Of a stretch of DNA of 64,000 nt, positions 1-13,000 are shown piece by piece; within the stretch, counting starts at the first letter, position 1, and each line of letters opens with the position of its first letter. Origin of the DNA: Phoronis australis (lineage: Eukaryota; Animalia; Phoronida); contig NMRA01000195.1 of NCBI GenBank assembly GCA_002633005.1, positions 475,628 to 539,627 of the forward strand, given 5' to 3'. Made by a program: the position numbers and the translations under genes. The notes under the pieces are model-generated. The model did not search any database. It was given only the letters and a program-made list of their open reading frames with translations, and was not told where the DNA came from.

Positions 1-320
1 ACTTCCCTTTAACGGTGTTGGCTCACCATCAGACAAAAATTCTTAAAATACTGTAGGCTTCAAACTGCTACAAATTTCCTACTGAACATGTTTACCCAAA
101 TCAGATGGTACATTCACCGTTTTGAGTAAAATTTGATGAGACCCAGAATACTTTTACAATCTTGATATCAATACATGCAAAAATAGAAGGAAATATTTAA
201 TATCCCGAAACACCTTGACGTTTACAAATTGTATCGGTTTTCGTAAAGACTGGCGTAGAAATAGCAACGAATGTGAGTACTGTACAGACAAACGGACATT
301 TTCCTCGACCACATGTTTAC

Positions 321-407
321 CTCATCTCCTTGACTTCCTTTCGAACTTGTTTGGTTAATGTGAATTGGATCTTCTCAATCTTCTTGACAGCAACGACGCG
401 CCCCTTC
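321..407 (-). CDS. Receptor GC-like exon 7 (kinase-homology subdomain II/III)
   Basis: (W)KGRVVAVKKIEKIQFTLTKQVRKEVKEM(R); acceptor ttttattag|, donor |gtaaac. Confidence 0.85.
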
Positions 408-776
408 CTAATAAAATACAAGAATGTGCGTTTATAAAAAACGGGGTACGTTCACAGCTGTGAATCTGTGAAATGTGCATTCGCCAAATGAACTTTGGTC
501 TCGTTTTTTACTTTTTTTCGGACTTTTTGTTTCTCTGAGGCGGACCTTTTTGCCCACTTCGCCAAATAGGGGGGCTCGTTTGAGCCCTTCGAGTTCCCCC
601 TGGGTGCGCGCATGACGATGTCTTTAAGAATTAAACATCCACACTACTACTTCCACTGCTGCTGCTGCTGATTCTGCTACCAGGAAGGCAGTACTTTGCT
701 GCTACTGCTGCTGGGGCTAGTGCTGCTGCTGGTGGTCTGCTGCTGCTAGTATGATGATGATGATGTCCGAAACATG

Positions 777-813
<37 letters not shown>

Positions 814-863
814 TAATAAGGATAATGACAATAATAATAGTAATAATAATAATAATAATGATA

Positions 864-901
<38 letters not shown>

Positions 902-1001
902 AATGATGATGATGATGATGATAATGATAATGGTGATGACAATAATAATAATAATAATGATGGTGACAATAATAATAATAGTAATAATAATGATAATGAT
1001 G

Positions 1002-1036
<35 letters not shown>

Positions 1037-1040
1037 GATG

Positions 1041-1072
<32 letters not shown>

Positions 1073-4000
1073 GATGATGATAATAATAATAATGATAATG
1101 ATAATGATGATAATAATAATAATGATAATAATAATGATAATAATAATAATAATAAAATAAAGATGAAGATTTACTACAATACTAAGGAATAAAATGACCA
1201 CCAACCTTGTGGAAGACTGAACTTTAACGAAAAAACTAAAAATGTTCCCCCTATTTCTACTTCCTGTCCTACATGTAAGTTCGGTACATACGTGGACCTA
1301 CTATCCCTGCACGCTTGTTTTAAGAAGCATTAAAATGAAACGTTACAAATTGAACGTTATTTATGAGTAACAGTCAATTCAAGAAAGAATTTAAAGACTC
1401 TGAATGTTTGGAAAAAACAACGGGGACTAATGTAGCCGCATGAAATATCCTTCAGGTATAACACTTAAAAACTTAATAGATTACACTCGTAGTTAACGAA
1501 TAAAAACGTGATGCTGACATGACAAGCCCACTAAGATTGCAAACGCATTTTTGGCAAGAATGAAAACTAAACTAATGATGCGCTTAGACATTCCAGACGC
1601 GTGGAACAGGGCTGGCCGGAAGCTTTCTGGGGTCTCAAATAAAAATGACTTGGGGACTATTGTAACTCCCGAGAATTTTTTGGATATGCGTGGATGTTAA
1701 TCTAGCACGAGCAATGTGTTCCAAAACCTACTTCAAACTGAAATAAACTATATTTACAATATAATATGGGTGGTCTTATGTTTTGCTAATTTCACTCGAC
1801 TATAAATTCGAAGTGCCACGTCTTCTTTTTTCGTAGAAAGCATGGAATTGATAAACACGTTGCCTGTTTGTAAGTAACTATTTACAACTAATTACTTGTA
1901 ACTTAAGCAAGTTGTCTGTTTGTTCACTTAATGACAGTTGATTCAGCAAACTAAGTAAGCAAAAATGAGAATACTTGTTTTGTGTGCTTTTTTCATCTCT
2001 TTATTCCCTTGTATTTCTCCGGCCCACAGCGATATCTTAGTTTAAACAATATTGGTGGACATATCGGCGATTTCAACTACATTTTGGCGAACTGCCAACT
2101 TGCAAAATAGTTTCGGGTGCTGGTAGTTTCTGACAGCTCGGTGTCAATGCAAATGACAAATCAGCCTCCCGTAGCAGTAACGCTAGGACCTCGCTAAAAA
2201 GCAAGACTGCGAGATAACGTGAGACTCTACCGTCTAACTATTCTTAATGAGAACACGTGACTTTGACTAGATTTTAGCTAGGTCCTAGCGTAGGTCCTAG
2301 CGTTACTGAACGCACCCCTGGTTGTAAAATCTCACAACAGAGTAGGCCATGCCATTGACATGTTGGGTGTAAATTTGACCAACATTGGTCTTCAACATTT
2401 AGTACAACAGCGTCATTATTCAATACTTTAATTGAAAAGAATAACAATTCTTATTCGTGTATGTTCAATTACTACCGCCACCGTTTCAAAAGTGGAATGT
2501 CTTAATTTAAAGAGACACTATTCCTTGCCACATGAAATATTCCAATTTGTATACTGGGGAACACAACCTAAGACAATATACATGAATCGTTGCAAAAATG
2601 ATTTTTAACCATACACCTCAACAGTTTTCGACATGTACTGTTAACTGAGCCTGACATTCTAAAGCGAGGTCAATGAAAACAACGAGCTTTCTTACCTCCG
2701 GGACCAATAAGGGTTCTATGGCTGACTAATCCGGGATGGCCACAGTGCTTACTTTCCGGTAGCCATTCATCCATTGATGCAAGAGATTTTTGACTAAGAC
2801 CACTTTGCTTGATTTCCGTACATAATCCGAATGGGGTAAGGAAATTCCATTTTTAAGCAATATAAGACAATTAGTAAATATTTAGAAATAAACATACTGA
2901 CTGCTTTTTGCCAATGGACTGTTATTTCAATTTCGTCTCTGGTCGTTGCTCGGCAAAGTCGCAAAATGTGAGGAGTAAGTTTGCGGCACACATGTGTGAC
3001 CAAGTCGTAAAGATAATTATTAATGTCCGAACGAATTCACAACAGTGCTTCCTTTTCCAAAGAAGACAGGAAGTATTACTTACCAATGGGCAATTTCCGT
3101 AAACCGTTGACGCATTGAAGACTTATTTACATTCTGTCCATCTTCCCGGGAGGAACTGTTTGTTGTGACGATGCTAACGACGCTGCCCATAAAACCTCTG
3201 ACATACGTGTCTGAATAACAGAATAAAGTTGTCACCAAGTTTGGTTTTAAATGCTCCTTCAACGTACATAGTTTTTGAAAGTGCGGATTTAGGATTTTTA
3301 GTTAGGTGAGGCCGGGTAGAGTATTTGTTAAGATTTTGCCCGTAAGACATTCGTACCCCCGAATTGCCAAATGGGATCTGGGAGAATTTAGGGGGGCCAT
3401 AGCCCCCTTGGCCCCCTCTAAATCTGCCGCTGTTTTGTGACCTTTTTAGTGATCTACCTTTGTTATGAAGGCCATGCATATACATATGGATGTCGGTTAC
3501 ATTAATTTTCGTAATTAATACTCTGGCAGCCTTTATGTTCTTTAATTGACTACGCATGCGTCACAAAATGACCATACTGTTTTCAAGCGTATAGGTTGTA
3601 CCATGAAAGTGAGTTTCATGTCTAAAACCTGTTTTGCAAGGGCAAACCAATGAGTGATACATGTATGTGATTTGCGAAATTAGAGTTCACTTTGTCTATG
3701 AATCAACAGAAATCAAATCATTGGAACTGGTTAATCATAAGAATAAAATTACCCCCAGGAAAATAACATACCTGGATGCAAGTCCTTTTCCGGAATCACC
3801 CAGTTCTCGTCCCACAGAAGTTTATAATTACGGTAGGCGAATGTCTGTTAACATACATGCACACGGTTAAACTGACTACCAGGTCAAAGCGTGCGTATCT
3901 CTTAACACTTACAAGTTTTACTTATTTATTCACGCATAATACTAAACTTTTATGTAACGTCAAGAGACATTCAAAGATACGATAACTGATGCACTGTTTA

Positions 4001-7000
4001 TTACCAAGACTTAAATCTGGCGGTCGGAAACCCATGAAGGGGCGGGGCAAGTGCCAAAGCACAACTAACCCTTCGAATGACTTTCTAGGAACTACACCTA
4101 GCGTCTCATGTCTGATAGTGGGAAAATGAGATACTGTGACCTGGAATGGAATAACAATACACGGACCGTCATGGAAAACATCGTTTGGGCCTCGGTAATC
4201 TCAAGTTCGCTGTGTACCTCTGACGTCACCAACCCTTGCCTTGCTCACGTCAATCTCTCCCTTGTCGTTTTGGACTGCATCAATTACCTTGTCAAAGGGC
4301 GGAATGACCCATTTTGAAGGGCATCGTTGGCCTTCCTTTTTGAAATTTTTGAAAATATTACATTGAATCACAATTGAAAATTTCATTTTCAATCTGAAAT
4401 TAAAGATGACTGAAATTTTGACAACACGTTTTCCATGGTTCAATCTTGTGACCGAGCCTCTAATCAACCTTACAACCAATAACAACGCTGCAATTCTTAA
4501 CACGAATTTTTTTGGTTGAATGGTTGCACACAATTCACACACATGAATGATTGAATTTATTCTCCTATTGAATATTTCATGAGTTCTAGAAAACAGAAAG
4601 CTGAAACATCGGTCATTACTTGAGTACTCATAACTCACTTTTAATTGAATCTTGAAGTAGTGACCATGAAATTTTAATTTTTTTAATTTCAGACTGACCT
4701 TTGAACTTTCAATTTTAATTAGAAAACATAGGTTTTAACAATCAATTTATCAATTTAAAATGAAGGTTGTCGAGGTGGAAACCTGCTCAAGGATCTCCAT
4801 ACTCACCAAAACTGTTGAAACCATAGCAACGACAACAATAAAGCCGGATAGAGCAATAAGAGCTATTACGTAGTCCTTTAGAGGACAGACTCCACAGTCA
4901 GCCGGGCATGTTGAGCAGCACTCGCCCTCTTCCTTTTCACAAACGGAATTTCCGCAAACTGAAAAAGTATAGTCTGGTTATAATTTGCAGTCGTTTCGTT
5001 TATTTTAATCTGGGCAAAATATCCTGTTCAAAATGAAAAGAAGTAGCACGACTAATTCATCATAAAAATTTCGACGGAAATAAGATTAATACTGAAATTG
5101 GTAAGAAAATGCCAGATACACCCGCGGGATATTCTGGTAGCTCACCACATACATTCATCATAGTATTGAAGATAACGATTATAGTTTCAGGCAGAATATG
5201 CGTTGATTCTAAAGGCCAACTGTTTGAATACTAGGCATCTGATCATCCGCACCTAACACTGCGTTTTCTAGTTGACTGCCGCTTCCCGTTCGTCCCTTAA
5301 AGAACTCTGGAAAAGCATTGTGGTCATTTTGCTTTTGGAAAATCTAAAACGTGTCCTTTCGATGACTATTTGGCTTCACTCCTAGCGTTCAGCAAACACT
5401 TATTTTCTTGCCCGTCATAATTTTCTGTGATCATCGAGAATGTTAAGACTATTTAGGCCTAGTTTAGTTCTTGTGAGCTGGAAGAATCCAAGGCTCGTTA
5501 TAAACATGTTCGTATTTGGAGATATGTCTCCTTTGGTCCCAAGTTAGAACCAGTTTTCTATTGCTAAGTAGCCTAAATGGAAAACAACTTTTGGATTTCC
5601 TTCAAAAAGAAGGTCCGAGTATTCTCCAGTGTGTTATTTTTAAAAAGTGATTATGAGTGAAAACACTCATAAATAATGGGGAGTGGGTCACCAGAGGATC
5701 GATCCCAATACCTATTCATCTCCAATTTCTTTCTGGAGTTCGATGCTCTCTTACTGGTCCATGTTCATACATGTATATTGTATTTGGTTCTGCCTTTTCG
5801 AAAACTCGTCAAAACATTCCCTAGCTCCCGGTGAATGTCAGCGTGGCCTACTCCACGCTATTATGTTTGCACACAGTTTTTGAGCCAGCTCTAGTACAGT
5901 CGTTTAACAAAGAACTGGGAGATCAGCACGACGAGAAAAACAAAATCAATTTGCAAATTAACGATTCAGGTGTCAATTACCACTTGTGCTAAAAAAAATT
6001 GTAATAGAAAGGCTCGTGTGTAGTATAGCAAACAATTGCCTAGTTATATGAATATTGTTTGGAATGATCAAGGGAAACGAAGCCTGTCAACCATGTCTCC
6101 GCCTGTTTCAATTCCAAGTCGCATCGGGAATTAAGCCATTTTGCCTTAGAACTTGAACAGAAGGCTTAGCTAGTTATGTCTTGATCATACGTTTATTTCG
6201 AGCTGCTCTTATGATTGATGCATTAGGTAACAGTTATGCAAGTAGGTGGACCACACTTGTACGCTTACAATGGTTGTAATCAATATAAGGACGACAGCAG
6301 CTGTAGATTTTCAAACACGTTGGTCTACGTGCATTAGAAATTTATATAAAAACAGGTGTCACAACTAGGTGCGACCAACACTGTGAGATAATTTAAACAA
6401 CTTTATGAACCCGCCTTTCCTGAGAAAAACAAGACCACTAAAACAGTGATGAAATTGGTCTCGAAAATTTCATTAGTTAGTGACTTTTGGTCTTGGAAAT
6501 GTTTGACAGCTCGCAAATTGATTGAGATTATGCTCAACAACTTTAATTATCACGGTGAGTCGTTTTATTCGAAGAGCAAAGGTCTCTAGCAATGACAAAC
6601 TGTAAGTTCTTTGCAAGATAAAAAATTACTTCTTATCTAAGTAAAGAAGAAGTTGAAACTACTTTTTCCGATCATAAGACGTGTCGTCAACCTCCTTATA
6701 TCGTAAGAAGACTGATTCGAACAACGTTGCTCATTTTGGTGCCGTGGTGCACTTCTATTATCACCGTGCTTGGTTTACTCCTGTCCGAATATCGCCACTT
6801 ATTATCTGTTGAAGTCATGCCAGTTACTCGAAACATGGCTTATTACAACGCGTTTTTATAGCCGGCCTTACATTGTGAAATGTGCTGCAGTTGAAGGTAA
6901 ACGCATAATCAGGCAAGTACAATAACTTTGTGAAATTGACTCGGTTCAGATCTGTGAGTGTTCGTGAATGCCATTAATAATTTAAAGATGCACCGTTCTT

Positions 7001-10000
7001 CCACATACAAATGCCATTCTCTGTGGTGGTTAGAACATTTTCATTGTCAAAATGTGGATGTGCCCCCGATTTCCTAGACTCGCTAGTGCAAAGCTCAAGT
7101 ATGTCAATAAACACCAGAATGGTAAGCCAGTCTGTTTCTTAATTAACTGCTGTTTACCTTTACTCGTACTTCAAGTTTGTGAAATTGTGGTGATTTACAT
7201 GTTTAATTAATTATTTCATGTTATCGATAACCGTAGACTCAAAGACTTTCAACATCGATTTTACGCAGATCAATGTACAAATAGATTTGTATTGACAGAA
7301 CGAGACAAACAGGCGCATCATGACACAAACATATACTATCTCCAAACACCCCAATATTTGCTAAATACATGTACTGAGAGTGGGTGCAATTATTTGATTT
7401 AGTTTTCAAAATTTGCACGACACTTTCGTACATAGAATGTTCTCAATTGTCTCTATATATTGTCTCGGTTGCATAAAAAATTATGTTCCTGCTAGATAGC
7501 AACAACAAAGCATTTTCCCGTATTCTGACCCATTCTGTCCATTTTGACCCATTCTGTCCATTTTGACCCATTCTGTCCATTTTGACCCATTCTGTCCATT
7601 TTGACCCATTCTGTCCATTTTGATCCATTCTGTCCATTTTGACCCATTATTACCATTTCCACGTTATTGCATTTGACCCGTTATGTCAAATTGGACAAAA
7701 TCAAACGTTCTAGTAAAGAAGAGCAACGGGAGAAAATCAAGATCCAAACTGGAACTTTGCAACTCACCAGTTAAATTATTCTCACATCCATTTTAACGTG
7801 GATTCGAGATTGTGTTCACGGGTGCATTATGCCCTAAGCGGAAACAGTGCATTGTCTAAGTACCTAATACAAATTGTCACCAAGAAAAACTCCTTGATTC
7901 AAGGTACAAACTTGAGTTGTAAGAACAAATTTTAGTGCAAATGTTGGGGTCACAAGTGCAAATTCAGCTTGTGAACCTATTTTAGAAAAACCACTGTGTA
8001 GCCATGCAAGCACAAGGTCAGATTGATTTCACACAAAAATGCAGACGCTCAGGTGGGCCATAGCACTGATCACCTGGAACTATTTCATGCTTTATTAATA
8101 CACAGGTAAAACCGAGCTGAGGAGCTGGATACCTGCCAAAAGGGTCTAGCAGTGTGCCCCAGTGGGCTTGTATCCACGACCTTGAGTAAAGGACCGACAC
8201 TTATCCCACTAGGCCACAATGCCTCCTATACAGTTCACACTAAAGTGGAACTAAAAATGTGGAAACTTGAGATCGAGTTAAAAGTCCGGCGACTGGATTC
8301 TGGGCTTAGTAGGACGTCGCAATGTCGAAACTCAGTAGATATTTCAGTTAGTTTGTTATACAGAATGGTTCGCTGATTTCACTGCAATGAAACAAGATGC
8401 AGAAGTAGAAATGCGCTCCAAAAGTGCAAACACCAAAGTAATTGCAAATATGTTTGCCAGGGGCGAATGACGACAATGGTGTAATGACTTCAAACTTTTG
8501 ACATACACACTGAATGACTTGGACTGTTTTTCCTGGAACCCATTAGTGAGATTACTGGACAAGTTTGGTACATATTCTAGTTTAGAAACCACTCACTGGC
8601 TCGAGGAATCGCTGTCGCCACCCAGTTTAGAGCAACCTGCATGCCGGCAATCTTGAAGTGCGCAATCATGGATGTTCGCGTCTCCAAGTTGTCAACTGCT
8701 ATCAGCCCATCCACCGTCGAAGTCCAGTTTTCTTGGGCAGCAGAGCCCACCAACACATTGGAATGGCTGTATGTATCTCCATCGGGCTTGATCCATGGGC
8801 CACACAGGCCGTTGGGGACCTGTGTTCTTCCCTCTAGGGGGCAGGAGTGTATGTTCACGTGATGAATACAGCAATTGTCCCTGGTGGCTTTGTCTGCTGG
8901 GGGACACTCTGTCGTCTCGCACCACGTGCGGGCATCTTTTGAACAATTCCTAGAATAGTTTTGGGTAACCTCAATTAATACTGCAGAAATACAAAAAGTC
9001 TAACCCAAATCGACGATTAAGAGCTTTTAAAGTAAAAAAGTATCCATGTGGACAGCACTTGCAACAAAGTTTGCCTTGTCATATTAATCGGTGGTGCTCT
9101 CATTTACAGCAAGTTTTGGCCAGAAAAAGTCGAAACCAATTAGAACAAGGCAATAGGCTTATTTCATGATATTCATGCTCAGATACATGTATCAAGTGTA
9201 AAGGTAACCACGCTTCTTAATGGCTGGGACTGGCGCATTTCGTAGTTCCAGTTAATTGTAACAATCTAGCTCAGAAATTTTAATTCTTAAAGCAGATATA
9301 GCCCCGCTTTCGGCCCCCCCTTTTGTTTTTTGGCCATTTTCCGTCATAAACTCGGTTTCAACTTGTTTCTTTCTCAGATGAGGAATGGTTTCTGGTGTAA
9401 GACGGATCTGACATTTTGTTAATGCCGGAGACCATGCTCCGCGCATAAAATGGCCGCCGTGACGAGATAACTTATTGAGCCTCATCTTCAGCAGTAACGA
9501 ATGGTTGGAAGTTCCCAAAACGTGCCTAATCTCAACAAGTAGCAAGATAAGACCAGATTAGAAAAGTATATGCCCTATATCAAAAGTTGCTACTTGGATG
9601 AAAAGCATGCTCACAATCGCTTTCACCTGGTGTTCATGTGAAACAGGCCCGTCATGGAAGATTTGTGCAACCTTGTCAAAATGATGACTTTTGGATTCAT
9701 GTTTACTTATCGATGATATGAATAGTTTGCTTTAGGATGAAAACATTGCCTTTCGTGGTATTAAAAGCTTAGGTGCGGCGTAAATAGAAGGTGGGGCTAA
9801 TCAACTCGTGCCTGTCAACTTGTTTTATGACAGCAAGTCAAGGATTAGTTTATGGATTTATAGGGACAGGTTTAAATTCACGAGGAGGTGAGCAAAAAGG
9901 AATTAATTTATAGCAAAATAAGTACTGACAGAAATAAGTCGAGCAACAAAATAGTCAAGCCTTTCTTCCTTTGATACACTTGTTGATATGAGAAAAGCAT

Positions 10001-13000
10001 TGGTTTGTCAATTGATGATTTGTTAGTCTATAAATTATTAAGCAAAAATATAAAGTGTCATATGAATAATCTAATTAAAAAGAAATCGATGAACACTGAA
10101 AATGATGAAGGAGATAATTTATCACCCGCACAATGTGCGAAAAAAATTGCAAAATTTGCTTAAGAAACTTTTGTTTAAACGGAGAGTGCATGTTAGTCAC
10201 TATAAAACTAATGTGTTATTTACTTCAACAACAAAAGTTCTGAAAAAATCCGTTCGGATAATCTAACGCATGAACTCAGCAGTGGTACATCGGTAATTAC
10301 TAAGGAAGTGTGAACGAGCAGCTGAAATTCAAACTAAATTCTTTATGTTTACGAATCATGATCTTTAATCAAGTTACAAAAAATCCCCAACGCCGCATCG
10401 CGGATTTGATTTTCTGGAAACACCGATTAAATGCTTTCGGTATTACTGTTAATTAAAGAATGCATCGACACTTGGCTTTATGCATCTTTTACACAGAATA
10501 AATTTCATTATTCGTTTCGATGAATGGAATACGAAACATTTTGGTTTTATTTATACTTTAGCCGCTAAAATCTGGTCCAGCGATATTTAAAACCAACAAA
10601 GCGTCGAGAATTGAAAGCATCTCTAGAGACCTCATTAAATTGTACAAACCATTAATTATGCTATCTGTTGTCATACTTTCCAATAAAATATTTAGTAATG
10701 AACATATGCCCGAAGGATGGTCCAAGGCATCTGTTAATCCCTTCCATTAAAAGGAACTCCGTGTAATGTTAATAATTATACACAGGTATGTTCTTTCTGA
10801 ATATTAAGAGTGGTTTTCTTAAACAAATAATTGAATTGACAAAGACTTAAAACATTTTATTTGAAGAGCATGTTAGTTTCAGGAAGGTTATAGCACTATT
10901 GATCAAATTCTCATACCATTCCCTCCTACAAAGTATTTATGTAAAAGAAGAAGCTGCTATGTAACATGTGTATTATTTTATTGTTTGATTAAAAATTAAA
11001 TTCATGTAAATGCTTTGTAGTCATTACATGAAAAACCTGAATCCTATGTTAGAATGAAGGGTGCGTACTTTTGTTGTATAATTGTTAGTGTATGTACATC
11101 AGTGTTAACTTCCCTTTTATTTACTATTTTTCTAATTGGCGAGAATCACTGAAACAAGTCCGATTTTCAGAGTATTGTCATTGATGACCAGTTGCCTGAT
11201 CTTTTGTGTATTCTCACCTTCTACACTATGTACGCCTGGTTCTTTACATTATCAAATGCAGGCTTTGGCACTTTTTGTGACAATAAATGAGTGGACTTCA
11301 ATTGACAAACATTGTTCTTGTTAGAAAATTTGGACCTTTGAAAAAGTGCACAAATGGTTTGAAAGTCACGTGAATTAACGAAGTTCCTTGGGAATGTTTT
11401 CTCTTCACGTCTGTCTGTTGCTTAAAAACTTTGGCGAATTAATGTTTAAAAATTAGGGCTAAAAAGCGTTTATCAATATCATTGCTATAACATGTTCATG
11501 ACCACTATAGATTTCTTTTTGGATTATGAATGTGTTAGGTGGGGTTATAAACATTGCCTTAATTCTGAAAATATTCGAAATAGAGTTATGCATTCTGATT
11601 GAGAGATTTAGTCTTACACTCCTGCCGCTGATGGCGATAGGTGGACTTCTACAGGTAATAGATGGAAATTAAATTTCATACAAGATTGGAACAAAAAACG
11701 TAACTGTAAGCAACCATAAACTTACTGAAAATATACTTTAAAGGATTAATCTGTTGTTAAAAATATGAATGGACATATAATGTAAAAGATTTGAATGGTA
11801 TTAATATTCAATCCTATTTTCAAAATCGATTGCACTTGTAAGTTGAGAAGCAAACTGTTTGAACACACAAAATGTGTGGAATGAGTCTATGACAAGCAAA
11901 GCGATGTTGAAAACATACATGTATTTTCTTTAAATTGAATAATATGTAAACAATATATTCTTAGGTTCCAAATTTTCCCCATTGATAAATCAAAATATTG
12001 GTTAAACTTGGCGGAGGGTTTATTGCATTTCCTTAACGATTTTTATTTCCGCATGCATTGCACGGTAAATTTCCGTTCTGCAAAACCCACATTACTTATT
12101 TGCTTTTTCTCCGTGTCTAGATTACACGAGACAGCTCCCGCACTACTATCACAGCAAAGTGTAAACAGTCACCTTCTTCCTAAGTCAATAAACAACGCAA
12201 TTTTTGTAATTTTAGGTGTGAGCACAGTTTTTGGACACCCCGTACGTACAGGAACAAGTGTAAACTAGTTTAACCCTGAAAAATACCTACAAGTAAAACA
12301 GGGAGTTGTTAATACCGACGGATTAAATAAAGTATGCCTGAGAGCTTCGAAGCTAAAACTGCATTTTACGTTCTAAATGTTTTACAAACGGTTAGCGCTT
12401 TATACTCACACAATGTCAGAACCATTTGTAAATGTGAAGAACTTCTCTTTCACAGCCCACGAGTAGAAGGCAGGGGAAAAGTGCAGTGAGTAGGACACAT
12501 TGAATGGTGTCTGCGCTTTAATCCTGTCAGGCGGCGCTGTCAGCCAGTCAATGTCGATTCCTGTTGTAAAACACGGCAAACAGAACGATTATCTCTACAC
12601 AAGCACGACAGAACTCTTCATATCGAAGTGCTCTGAAGGACCGGTACGGTATTGTTAGAAAACACCGGACTGCTCTTCTTGAAATTTAAATTGCCCATAC
12701 CCATTGACCCCTTTACCATAAATTCCGCTTGTAATACCTACTTTATCATACATTTCACAGCAAATCTCTAAAACTGAATATTTTTTCTTGTACAATTTCC
12801 ATGGTTCTACATAACTTTAAGCTTTCTTTACAGAGGTCTGATATCCAATCTTTGTGCTCGAAATGGAACTGGAAATGACTTTTGAGACTTTCCGTTTTGC
12901 TATTGTGTAAACTCAAGACATGTGGTAGACTAGTCATCCAATACATCTTTAGGCTTCAACCTCTGGTCTTGAGCACAAGATCGTGCTTTGGTTTTAAAGA

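Noticed and set aside
631-1204. Poly-Ile/Met/Leu/Ser ORFs
   Set aside because: Translations of an intronic trinucleotide microsatellite.
4201-4638. 145-aa ORF in a receptor intron
   Set aside because: AT-rich, non-ATG start, no motif; the flanking exons already splice in phase without it.
7443-7648. Repetitive ORF / CRISPR-like array
   Set aside because: Contiguous 19-bp minisatellite with no spacers, in a eukaryotic context with no cas genes.
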